DNA of 64,000 bases. Source: Camelus dromedarius (Eukaryota). The stretch lies in NCBI RefSeq assembly GCF_036321535.1, contig NC_087447.1, positions 51,586,001 through 51,650,000 on the forward strand, read 5' to 3'. Below the pieces are notes generated by a model. That model worked only from the letters and a program-made list of their open reading frames with translations, was not told the DNA's origin and searched no databases. Position 1 is the first letter of the stretch, and each line of letters starts with the position of its first letter. The translations under genes and the position numbers were made by a program. Below, piece by piece: positions 43,330-54,999 of the stretch.

Positions 43330-45000
43330 TCGTTAATTTTGAAATGAAAAACTATCTTTATTGAAGGGATGACATTTTCCTTTGACCTTCATTATTGTAC
43401 ATGGGAATACAATGAGGTGCCCCAGTGAATCCCTTGGGTTGCAAATAAAGTCTTCCTTGTCCCTCTTGTATAACATCAACCCAATTTCCCCCTTGGAAAT
43501 TGGAGTCAACCACTCAGACTGGTGTGGTAGCCCCTTCTCTGCCTGTTGGTTCAGTGAGAAGAGCCCCAAATGTCCAGGGACAGTCTCACTACATGTTCCA
43601 ATGTAATGGAAAATTGACTGGGTTCTTTAGTGGAACTAATCCTCCCTTGGGAACCAAGTACTCCAAATCCACATGAATATGAAATGAGTTATGTGTAAAA
43701 GTGACAAGAACCACTCCTACCTCTTAGTTCCCAGAATCATGTACTCTAACAGTGGGAGAAACAGTACACATTTTAGCTGTTGATATGAGGCATACACCAC
43801 AAACCCATAAGACAGCATCCCCACACTTCCATAGATACAACAGGTAAGGAGACAACAAGCCCAAACGGATTTAGACAGCTTATTATTCACAGCATAGCAG
43901 GCAGCATGAACTTAATGTTTGTATTCGTTCTCCTTGTCCTCTAAGTACCATGGGGGTGATGCAGGTGAATGCCATACACAGTAGATCTGAAGCAGATGAA
44001 GAATGCTAAGCTTAGGAAACCCGCAATCTTAAAAGAGGAATGCTAGAAAACCTGCCCTCTGGAGAGAGACAATACCTTTTTTTTGTATATATATATTTTT
44101 ATTGAAGTATAGTCAGTTTACAATGTTGTATCAATTTCTGGTGTACAGTATAATGCTTCAGTCATACATGAACATACATATATTCGTTTTCATATTCTTT
44201 TTCACCATAAGTTACAAGATATTGAATATTGTTCCCTGTGCTGTACAGTATAATCTTGTTGTTTATCTATTTTATATATATATTAGTATATGCAAATCTC
44301 AAGTTCCCAATTTATCCCTTCCAGCCCCCTTCCCCTACATTATTATACTGGTCAGGAAACAATCTGCCTTCCAATCCAGGGGGAGACGTGTTTTATCACA
44401 CTGAAATGTCTCCAGGATTGGAGGGTGATACTAAGTTTATTACCCTGTAAAGAAGTAAATCTGCCCCCTACCTCTAAGCAGCTTTGCAAACGTCCTCAAA
44501 GCTATCAATGCCATTTGCTGAGAAATGCCAGCATTTCTCCCAACAGTTTGTTACTGAGCAGTACAGTTAACTGATTTGCAGCACAATCAACCTATCACCA
44601 AGAAGTGTCTAGTCTCCCTATGGAATAATAGCATATCAGGGACTCTGTTGGTCTCTGCTGTTGGACATCCGCCACTGACCAGATTAGCTTTGATGAGCAA
44701 AAGTCTGTATCGTAGAGCTCATGCACCAACTCCATCCCTGCCATCATGGCCACCTTTCTCATGACTCCGTTGAGCTGGGGTACCAGGGAGCTGGGGAAAG
44801 TAGTTGACTGGCATCCACAGGTTGGATTATTATGTCCATTTATTTTTTTTGAAAGCCTCTTCTAGAATGGGTGCCCTCTGGTGGGCATTCATAGGAAACA
44901 CAGATATTTCCGCCATTCCAAGACGTTTCATCCACATAGTAACTCACAGGCTTTCTTGTCCCCAATCTTCCACTTTTATACTTTCCAAGTCTTTGGCCAA
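43330..45000 (-). mobile_element. ERV-L internal relic (integrase and dUTPase remnants) with a nested LTR (~43842-44545) and L1 3' end (~44080-44335)
   Basis: ORF 43333-43569 (NQQAEKG...GEIGLML...DSLGHLIVFPCTIMKVKGK) resembles ERV-L dUTPase; 44640-44770 resembles the decayed integrase N-terminus (HDGRDG on the minus strand). Confidence 0.75.
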
Positions 45001-45384
45001 CCAGGAAGGGGCCTGGGTATGCAGTATCTAGGGATCAGCCTTCCAGGACACTGAGCACAGCAGAAAAGGGGGGAAAAATGGATGGGGGGTGGGGTGGGGC
45101 AGGGAGAATAGGGAAAATAAGTAGAAGGGAAAAAAAAATAAAGAGGTACTCTAAGCAAATAGTGAGATCTGAAAATCTGCCACAGTGCTATGAATTAGGG
45201 TGTCTCCATGATGGCAATCTCAAAGGTTTTACTTGTTTTTTGTATTTTTTCCTTTGGATTATAATAACAGTTATATTTAGAATTCAGTTTTAAGTTTTCC
45301 TCCTATGACTATAATTTTCTTTAGTTAATCCCAACAGATCTGGAAAGTCTCATATATGCCCACAAGTGAACAGAGTTGGTATTT

Positions 45385-46170
45385 GTTTAATTGAAGTATA
45401 GACAATTTACAATATTACATTAGTTTCAGGTGTACAGCATAATGATACAATACCTTTATAGATTAAACTCCATTTAAAGTTGTCACAAAACAATGGCTAT
45501 ATTTCTCTGTGTTGATTATTTATTTTATATAAAATAATTTGTATCTCTTAATCTCATACCCCTGTTTACTTCTCTCTTTCCCCTGCCCACTGTTAATCAC
45601 TAGCTTGTTCTCTGTATTTGTAAGTCTGTTTGTTTTATTACATACATTTATGTGTATGTGTGTGTGTGTGTGTATATAGGTACCTACACACACACACACA
45701 CATACACACACACACACATCTCCTATATCTATTGATCTGTTGATGGACACTTAGGTTGCTTCCATGTCTTGGCTATTGTAGATTATGCTGCTATGAATAA
45801 TGGGGTGCATCTTTTTTGTTTTCTTCAGATACACACCTAGGAGTGGAATTGCTGGGTTATATGCTAGTTCTATTTTCATTTTTTTAAGGAACTTCGGTAC
45901 TGTTTTCCATAGTGGCTGCACCAATTTACATTCTTACCAGTAGTGTTCTAGGATTCTCTTTTTGCTACATCCTTGCCAACATTTGTTATTTGTGGTCTTT
46001 TTGATGACAGCCATTCTGACATGTGTGAGGTGATATCTCATTGTGGTTTTGATTTGCATTTATCTGATAATTAGCAGTGTTGAGCATCTTTTCATGTGCC
46101 TGTTGGCCATCTATTTATCTTATTTGAGAAAATGTCTGTTCAGGTCTTCTGCCCATTCTTTAATGGAGTT
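45385..46170 (-). mobile_element. L1 3' fragment
   Basis: ttgaagtatagacaatttacaat... through gttcaggtcttctgcccatt. Confidence 0.9.
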
Positions 46171-46289
46171 GTTCAGAAATGGTATTTTGAACATTATTAA
46201 TGTGCCTTATTCACACTGCTTTTTCAGAAGAAGGGAGGAGACAGTACTATTGGGTAGGCAACCAAGAGTGTCCACTTAATTTATATATT

Positions 46290-46451
46290 TATAATTTATT
46301 TATTTTTTTATTTTTATTTATTTTTGAAGGGGAGAGGTAATTAGGTTTATTTATTTATTTATTTATTTATTTAGTGGAGGTACTGGGGATTGAACCCAGA
46401 ACCTCGTGCATGCTAGGCATGCACTCTACTACTGAGCTATAACTTCCCCCC
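46290..46451 (-). mobile_element. tRNA-derived SINE (Vic-1-like)
   Basis: Minus strand reads ggggggaagttatagctcagtagtagagtgcatgcctagcatgcacgaggttctgggttcaatccccagtacc plus (AAAT)n. Confidence 0.9.
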
Positions 46452-46581
46452 TCTAATTTATTTATTTTTGTGTATTTTTTTCATAGCCTTTAAGCCCCAC
46501 CACCTTAAATCCTTCTTAGAGCAACGATTTAATTAGGTTGTACTGAATTAAATTAAATTAATCTCCTTCCCAATAATGTAA

Positions 46582-47018
46582 ATTTTTTTTTACTGAAGTA
46601 GAGTTCATTTATAATGCTGTTACTTTTAGGTATACAGCAAAGTGATTCGTATATATATATTATTTTCCATTATAGGTTATTATAAGATATTGAATATAGT
46701 CCCCTGTGCTATACAGTAAGTCCTTGTTATCTATTTTAGATATAGTAGTGTGTATCTGTTAATCCCATACTCCTAATTTATCCTTCCCCTACCCGTTCCC
46801 CTTTGGTGACGATTAGTTTGTCTTCTGTGAGTCTGCTTCTGTTTTTTAAATAAGTTCATTTGTATTCTTTTTTTAGATTGCACGTATATGTGATGGATAA
46901 TATTTGTTTTTCTCTGACTTACTTCACTTAGTATGATAATCCATCCATGCTGCTGCAGATGGCAATATTTCACTCCTTTTTATGGCTGAGTACTAGTCCA
47001 TTATTATATATGTGTGTG

Positions 47019-47052
<34 letters not shown>

Positions 47053-47245
47053 ACATCTTGTTTATCCATTCATCTATCAATGGAAATTTAGGTTGCTTCC
47101 ATGTCTTGGCTATTGTAAATAGTGCTGCTATGAACATTGATTGGGGTGCATGTGTCTTTCTGAATTAGTTTTCATCTTTTTTGGATATATGCCCAAGAGT
47201 GAGATTGCTGGATCATGTGGTAACTCTATTTTCAGTTTTTTAAGT
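46582..47245 (-). mobile_element. L1 3' fragment containing a (TG)/(CA) microsatellite
   Basis: T-run followed by L1 3'UTR text. Confidence 0.9.
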
Positions 47246-48589
47246 ATAAATGTAATTTTAATTGCTAAATAATATTGCATTATATAAATGTAAGTTGGCT
47301 TATTTCCAATTGTTTTGCTATTGTAAGTTAAGTGCAATAAAAATAGTATGTCATCTTAATTGTGTTATGGATTGGGAGTTGGGGGGTTATTGAAATTGCC
47401 TTTGCTTAATAAAATAGTTTGGTAAATTGCTGAGGCAGAGAGTCAGACCCTAAGGGATGCAGAGCCAGAGCTTATTGAGGTAGTAGCTAAACTGGAACAT
47501 GGTCTTCTGCAAATGACAAGAATACAAGGTGGCTAGTGGAAACTTGGCATGCCTCTAAAGCCTCAGTCTGGAACTGGCAACACTGTTACTTCCACACATA
47601 TTCCATTGGCCAGATTAAGTCAGGAGGCCAAGCACGAAGTCAGCGGGGTGGGCAAGATTACTCCCACCAACAGAGAAGTATAGAAGGAATAGGGAGGGAA
47701 GAAAGAACAGGAAATAAATACAATCTACTAGTGAAACGCCCCCAGTGATGGGGGTGACTTGACTAACACACTTTTAAGGATATGTCCAAAATTCAATTTG
47801 AAGTTGTTTGCATTTCTGTGTTGTAAACTCCCTCCCCTTTATTTGCCTGTATTTGCCACAGTCGGCTACGTGCACAAACAGCTGATGGGAGTAGCATTTG
47901 TAAAAAATTGTTTTAAAAGATCTGAGTGTTAAACCTGGGTAAGCATTGTGTAGAACAGCAACAACAGGCTTAAGAATCTAGATGATCCCTGTGCTAAATG
48001 AATCCAGAAGGCGTGGAGAACCAGAGCTGACCATAAGAAGACAAGCCCTCTGGAAATGTACAGAAATATTGGGGAGGATATTGACCTTTCCATAATTCAT
48101 GAAATTGAGATTTTTTAAGCAACCTTATTTAGATCTTATGGAGCAAGTTATCTCCTTGGAATCTAATCTCAGAAGTATTAACTACTGATCAAAAGGTATG
48201 AACTTTTTTTCAGGCTCTTGATGAGTAATGTTGAATTGCTTCATGTTATAAAGTTCAAACAGACATTCAGGATTTTTCCACTTTAAATCATCAGCCATGT
48301 TAAATACCAAAAAAGGAAAACAGAACACGTTTGAAAATATGAAAAAATATACAAGCAGATGCAGTTACCAAATTAAAACGCTTACTGAAAATGACTATGT
48401 TCTGAGCAATTTTATGTTTGAATTTGAAATTCCCTGATTCAGTATTAATTTCTTAAAGCTTGATAGTTAAACTTGACCTTCATTCCTAGGGAACCAGGAT
48501 AGCCGGTCATCCTACTAGGTGGGGAAGGTGGCCATCTATCCCAGACCTGGACTTGGAGAAGGATGAGTGGCTACATGTGTCCTGTTAAG

Positions 48590-49130
48590 AGTTACTTAAT
48601 GTCTCTGGTTGAGAAGCAGAACCTGAGAATCTCTTGTGCAAGTGGTTTATTGAGGATGTGCTCTCAGGTGGAGGGGAGTGAGGGAAGCAGGATAGAACAG
48701 AGGAAGACTGCTAAGCCAGAATGTGGTGGCAGATGAAGACTGACTTCAGCCTGATCTCCTGAGGAGCTCTAGAACAGAAACTGCACCAGAGTTGGTTCCT
48801 CCCTGAGGTAAGGGATCCATCTTCTGTACCTCTACACAAGCAAGATGGCAATTCTTTTCTTGAGCAGGCCTCAAAATTAAGAATGCCTCAGAATTACTTG
48901 GAAGGCTTGTTAAAACAGACCACTGGGCTAACTCCCAGAGTTTCTGTTTCAGTAAGCCTGAGGTAGGGGGCCTAGAGAATTTGTATTTCTAACAGTTCCC
49001 GGGTGTTGCTGATTCTGCTGGTATAGGGACCACACTCTGAGAACCACTGCTCTAGGTAAGAGGACAGCTGTAAGGCTCTAGCTGCCAACACAGCATCTGG
49101 GAAAGATCTGAGTGGCATATACTACCGCTA
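48590..49130 (-). mobile_element. ERVL-class LTR (LTR16-like) in the KCTD14 3' region
   Basis: tgcaagtggtttattgagg...cagcctgatctcctgaggagctctagaac; boundaries approximate. Confidence 0.6.
48865..49049. mobile_element. MER5A hAT-Charlie element nested in the LTR
   Basis: cttgttaaaacagaccactggg...gggaccacactctgagaaccactg followed by ctctag. Confidence 0.85.
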
Positions 49131-49555
49131 CTAACTTGGCATCTTCCTCATGAAGGCACACACCAGGGCTGGAAGATTGGATCACAAGCTGAGGCTGGAT
49201 AGGTTACATTTTTAGGTCTGACTGTCTAGACTCATGGCATCGTATTATTTTCCCATTGTCATCCCGCATTTCCAGCCAAAGCATTGTTAAATCGTTCCAG
49301 TTCATCTCCGCCTTGCTACTGGACTTCAAGGGAAAGGTCTGAGAGGTATGGACAGCTTTAAAGAGGGAGCAGCTTCACCTCACTAGGCAAGTACAGTGGA
49401 GTCACTTGCAAAGAATGGAAAATCCTCAAGAGGAAATTAAATATTTGGAAGTAAGACTCAAGTAGACCACATTGGAAGTTTTTGATGTTTGTGAAATTAA
49501 AGGATGATGGCTTTCGAAGGCAACTGGAGCCCATAACAGCCTCTGTCCCCAAGGA

Positions 49556-50218
49556 TCACCACCAGCTGAAGCAGAATGTATGGAAGTAACCGGAGACCTT
49601 AGCCGGCAGTGTACTGTTGGGTGAACAGTGTACCTGGTACCCTTGTGCCTGAATGTCCATCTTGACGCAGTCCAGTAGATCGTCGATGGTCGGGGATGCC
49701 TTCCAAGGCCCAAACTTGACCACCGACCTCTTGTTCGCCTCCAGGAGGCGCAGGGTGTCTGCGCAGTTCGCATCATCCTTTTCGTTGCGCACGACGCACA
49801 CCAGCACTTCGGAGTAGCGCGCAGCCACGGCCTCCGCACGCGCCAGGCGCACCATGAGCTCCAGGTTCTCGCTGTAGCCTGGCACCCGGAGCAAGAACTG
49901 CTTCCGAGCCACCTGCTCACCAAAGATCTGTGGCATGTCCTCCAGGAGTTTGATCAAAGGCTTGATTTCGTAGTACTGAGCCTCACGGTACACCTCGGGG
50001 ATGTGCTGCATGGGCGGCTGCCCACTGCGCAGGTATTCTAGGATGGGTCCAAAATAGGTGCCACAGCGATCGACGAAGAAGCGTCCCTCTGCATCCGTGC
50101 ACGCCTTGGCTGAGCTGGAGAACATCTCTGCCAGCTTCGAGCCTGGTAATTTTCTCAAGGTGGCCAAGGTAGTGGTATAGAACTCACCCCCAACGTTCAG
50201 CTCCACGACAGGAGATTC
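49556..50218 (-). CDS. KCTD14: KCTD14 exon 2: T1-type BTB/POZ domain plus C-terminal domain ending in ...FSWW*
   Basis: Acceptor tgcccccag|GAA; VVELNVGGEFYTTTLATL...FFVDR...FGPILEYLR BTB motif; KCTD7/14-type SVVKFGPWK motif and terminal WW; adjacent to INTS4 as recalled for human. Confidence 0.95.
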   Translation of the reverse strand, partial: ESPVVELNVGGEFYTTTLATLRKLPGSKLAEMFSSSAKACTDAEGRFFVDRCGTYFGPILEYLRSGQPPMQHIPEVYREAQYYEIKPLIKLLEDMPQIFGEQVARKQFLLRVPGYSENLELMVRLARAEAVAARYSEVLVCVVRNEKDDANCADTLRLLEANKRSVVKFGPWKASPTIDDLLDCVKMDIQAQGYQVHCSPNSTLPAKVSGYFHTFCFSWW

Positions 50219-50446
50219 CTGGGGGCACAAGAGGCAGAGTGAACCGATGGCGCCACCTCCAGGGAGCGCATGATTTATTTTCATCAAAAGAATAATACCT
50301 ACAGAATTTAGGGGAGCCCTGATTGGCTTTAGCTGTTGGAATTTACATCTTACTGAAGGGGATTACATTTATGCTGTATAGCTGCAGAGAGTGGGCATTT
50401 TAAGGAAGAAAAATATTTCAGTTTGATATAAGAATACCCATTCAAG

Positions 50447-50716
50447 GGTGGGGGGTGGGAAGAGAGAGACTGGGATTTCAAAATTGTAGAATAGATAAAC
50501 AAGATTATACTGTATAGCACAGGGAAATATATGCAAGATCTTATGGTAGCTCACAGAGAAAGGAATGTGACAATGAATATATATATGTTCATGTATAATT
50601 GAAAAATTGTGCTCTACGCTGGAATTTGATACAACATTGTAAAATGATTATAAATCAATAAAAAATGTTAAAAAAATAATTAAATAAAAATAAAATAAAA
50701 TACAAAAAAAAAAAAA
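50447..50716 (+). mobile_element. Short, young-looking L1 3' end insertion
   Basis: Perfect 11-bp TSD ACCCATTCAAG (50436-50446 / 50717-50727) and a long A-rich tail. Confidence 0.9.
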
Positions 50717-51593
50717 ACCCATTCAAGCATTTGAATTTTCTCATTTAGGTCACAGACTATTAGAGAGCAGGCTGCTGAGGAAGCAAGTCCCAGGGACAAC
50801 ACATGTAAATTGTGGCCTGTGGCAAGGCCTTTTCCCTTCCTAGGCCTCAGTTTCCTTGTTTATAAAATGGGGATATGGAGCTATTGTGAGGTCAAGAGTT
50901 CCTGACAGGGATGCTCAGATCTAACATACAGTTTAAAAAGGGGGGGGGGGGGTATTGGGGAAAAAACATTTTCAACCTTTCAAATAGGCTAAAGAAATCA
51001 CACATGTATTCATTCAGGAATCATTTCTTGGGTACTTACTGTGTGTCCAAATCCTGTGCTGGGAGTGGGGGTAAAAATTCCTATTTCATATAGATCAGAA
51101 GTTCTGATTATCAATTGGCATGACTTTGTCTAACAAATGGCATTTGTCTGATGGATTTTTTTTTTTATTTTTTTTTTTTTTACAAAATATGGGCCCATAG
51201 AATTAAATCACAGGAACATCCTTTGTGGTGACAAGGCCAGTAACACCAAATACAGCAGATGAAAAACTGCCTCATAAACTGTAAGGCACAGTGCAAATGT
51301 AAGTTAGGTTTAGCTGTTCATCAGAATTTTTAGAGGCCTCTTCTCTAGACCAGGGCTGAGCACTAAGGATGTGGGTCAGACCCAGGTGGAAATGCCCACA
51401 GGCCAGTGCAGAGAGGCCCTTGGGAAAAGACTGAAAATTGAGCTGCATTCGAGAAATACTAAGTGCTGCCACACAGACCTAACAAAAATATGAGACTACT
51501 GTATAGTGATTATTACATATGAGATGATACACCAGTTGCTGTCCTTAACAAACCAGCTTCCTGAACAAATTTCATCATTTAAAATTCACCCAC

Positions 51594-51731
51594 AGTGGAA
51601 AGGTATAGCTCAGTGGTAGAGTGCATGCCTAGCATACACGAGGTCCTGGGTTCAACCCCCAGTACCGCCATTAAATAAATAAATACATAAAACTAATAAC
51701 CCCACCACAAAAAATAATAAAATAAAATAAA
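51594..51731 (+). mobile_element. tRNA-derived SINE (Vic-1-like)
   Basis: ggtatagctcagtggtagagtgcatgcctagcatacacgaggtcctgggttcaacccccagtacc plus (AAAT)n tail. Confidence 0.9.
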
Positions 51732-54700
51732 TCTTACTCACTCATTCAAAAAAACATGTACCTGCCTACTTTGTGCCAGGTACCTGGGACACAGTGAGAA
51801 ACAAGGGGGACACAGCCCCGCCCCTCACAGTCCGGTAACTGCAGAATGCTTCACCTGCGCTAACTCAATCCTCATAGCAGTCCTATGAAAGATGTATTAA
51901 ATCCCCATTTTCCAGATGAATAAACTAAGGCTTAAGGAGGTGAAGTTCCTTAAGATCAACCAGCTAGTAAGTGATAGTGTCGGGATTTGAACTCAGGTCT
52001 GATTTACCCCGAAGCTTGCACTAAGTCGTTACATAAATTAATTTTCCACCTTCAAATACCTCCACTCTTCATTCCCTATTTATCCAACAAAATGTAAGGA
52101 GGACCTATTCCATTCCAGCCTCCTCTTAAGCAGATGAATAGGACATAGTTCCTGCCTTTGAGGAGCTCACAGGGGAGAGAGGGAAACAGATGGCTCAAAT
52201 GTGTAGGTGCTGAGGGGGAAGACTCAAAGGTAGGAGGGACTGGCTCTTTTTGTGGATGTGTGTTGGAGCTTGTCGGGGAAGGTTTCCTAGGGGATGTGAT
52301 GGCTGCTGCTGCAGAAAAGATCTCTGCAGTGTTAGGGGGAAGCCTGGATTTCCAACCTAGAGACTCTACCACTGGTCACTGCAGAGCCAGGGAGAGGGAG
52401 AGGGCTCAGGAATGTCCTTCAGTCTAATTTAGGTGTGACCTCCTTTTCAACTTGTCTGTGGGCTCTAAGATTAAAGTACTGGAATTAAGAGAGCTAAAGG
52501 CAGCCAAACTGCTGAGGAGAACTGAGTTGCCATGGCAACTGCTCCTACCAAGGGACAGTTCTGCTAGCTAGAGTGGAGAAGGGAGAGGAGAGGATGCGTT
52601 CTGACAGCAGCCAAGCAATACAGCCATGAGAAGAAGCAATAAGCCCAGAACCTGTGACTCCCTCTTTCTCCCATAAACCTCAAGGCCTATTGTTTGGCAA
52701 GGCTGTTTGGTTAACCCTGAGGTGGCTCTGTACAGCAGGCAGTCAAATATGAAGTTGCAGGCTTCAACCACTGAATGGCTCTATGGGCTCTTCTCACTAC
52801 CGTACCACTGAAAGCTCACAGGCCCTCTTACTGTCCCCACATTACAGGCGAGGAAAGTTCAGAAAGAAGGGTCATAGAGCTACGAAGTGAGGAAGTCAGA
52901 GCTGGGATCAAACCCATACCAGTCTGACTCCAGCACAGCATGGGTGCCCTACCCCACCCTCCCAACATCCAGTTCCCCTGCTGCCAGTAATTAGCTATGT
53001 GCCTGGGGCTTCTCACTTCTTTCTCTGGCCTAAGCTTAGCAATTTACGAAATTAGGAGGCAAAATGGACAAAGAAAACTCTGTCTCTCCAGCTCTGAAGG
53101 TTTAATAAATCCAATCACTTAAATGTTGTTTCTGAAGCTCCTTTCCAGATGCTAAACAAAGCAGTTCACTGCCCTAACATCCTCATCCTCATTTCTTTAT
53201 CAACTAAGACCTGGGCCTTGTTCCCAAGCTTCTTAATTCTATCCCATCTCTCCTTGTTTTCCCAAAACTCCCAATCTCTTTGGAAATCCCAGACCTCCTA
53301 CCTCATCCATAAGTACTACAGTACTTGTTTCTAGCAGATAAAGACTTCTTTTCCATCCCTCTTCCAGATGACCTGTCCTTCCTCATGGCCCCTCTTCCCA
53401 ACCTTTTCTACCAGTCACCCTGCTGAAGCATTCCTGGGTAGGCAAGCCTGACCCAGGCCCTTGTGTGCACACACTGGGGAAATGTAGTCTTTAGGATCCT
53501 CTGCTAGGTGCTAAGCTAGTGCTGGCCATGAGGACATAGGAATGAATCAGACAGACCCAGCTCTCACCCCACCAAACATTCGTACATTTCCTTAGGTCAT
53601 CCTTAGTCTAGTCAGCGGAGGGACAGGTCCACTCATATGTCACCCAAGCCCAAGCCCGTATGTCTCCCCGTACCACAACCCTGACCTTTCTCCATTGTAC
53701 CCTATCTCAGTTATCTGAGCCAGAAACCTAGACTGTAATCTTGTACTCTGCTCCCCTTCTTGACCTCTTCCCACACAGGTAATCAGTCACCAAGTCCTAG
53801 GGATTCTAAATGTCTGTTCGGTTCCATGGCTCCCTGCTCCCTCCAGGGTTCTCCCTCAATTCAGTCGCAACTCTGAAACCAAAGTAGTTTCTCTGAAGTG
53901 CAGGTCTGATCTGGCCACCACCTACATTAAATACTTCAGTGATCCCACATTCCCTTACAGAGAAACTCCAGACTCCTTAACAAGGTTTACAAGGCCCTAT
54001 GCAATCCTGGCAATCAACTCCAACAGAGCCACCGACTGCTCTGCCACCCCCACCCAGCCACAGCAGGCTGGGCCCCACTGCCTCCAGGGCTTCACTCATT
54101 TGCTGCCTATGCTCCCTTCACTTGGCCCACTCATCTTTCTAGTTAACTCCCACAGGAATCTTTCTGGAGAGGTTGTCTCTTTGTGATCCCAGAGGGCCCT
54201 GTACTTCCCTTGTCTTGGTAGTTACCTCTCTTGTAATTCTGTTTGTTCATCTGCATCCCCCATCAGACTGGGACATTCCTAAGGGAGGACTAGCCTAGAG
54301 TCATCTTTCTGTTACCAGTCCCCACTACAGGGCTCAGCACATCAGGAATGCTCAGTAAGGGTCTGTTTAATGGAATGGCATTTACCCTCAGCACTAACTT
54401 ACAGGAGCCCCTGGTAATCTGATAAAGGTAATCTTGCCCTACTTGGCATCAAGTACTGTGCTGGCTTCCTCCCTTGCCTGGTAATTAATTCAGACATTTA
54501 TTGAGCACCTTGGGCCACCCGGCTTCCAAGCAAGTGACTTTGTCAATAGCCAACAACAATGGTTATCATCAGCCTATTGGAAAGAACTACGGTCAACCCA
54601 CTGCTGGATCTGCTTTCCCTTCTACAAGTCTTTAGGATGGCACCTAACCCAGAAGGGATTTAGAATGTTCTGATCCTAGAGTGAACTGGGCCTTCTCCTG

Positions 54701-54999
54701 ATTCTCACCCCCCGTAAGGCGGCAGAGAAGCAGGACTTGGGACCCAGCCAGAAGGTAGGAGCAGGCTGGAGAGGGTGGGGGGCTGGGGGCTGAGGGAGTG
54801 ACACTCTGGACAGCCTTCAATTGGCTCTGCCTCTCCCGCCAGCAGGAGGGGTGGGGACAGCGGAAGAGCGATGGTCTGGGTTAAGCCAAGGTACTGAGAG
54901 AAGAGACACGGAGAGCAGCTAAAACAAATAAGAGAGGGAGGAGACAAACAAAGGCAACCAATCTGGGAAGAAGGCAAAGAGAAGAGGCTGGACTGAGCC

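Noticed and set aside
49426..49923. 165-aa alternative-frame ORF overlapping KCTD14
   Set aside because: Shadow ORF of a GC-rich coding exon; low-complexity R/W/S composition and no recognisable domain
50219..50287. N-terminal extension MMKINHALPGG... in the ORF track for KCTD14
   Set aside because: Intronic: starts at a TTG (then ATG) upstream of a clear acceptor; the phase-matched CpG-island exon at 55213-55281 is the better start
51601..51670. tRNA-like sequence
   Set aside because: SINE head with an AT-rich tail and multiple diverged copies; not a tRNA gene
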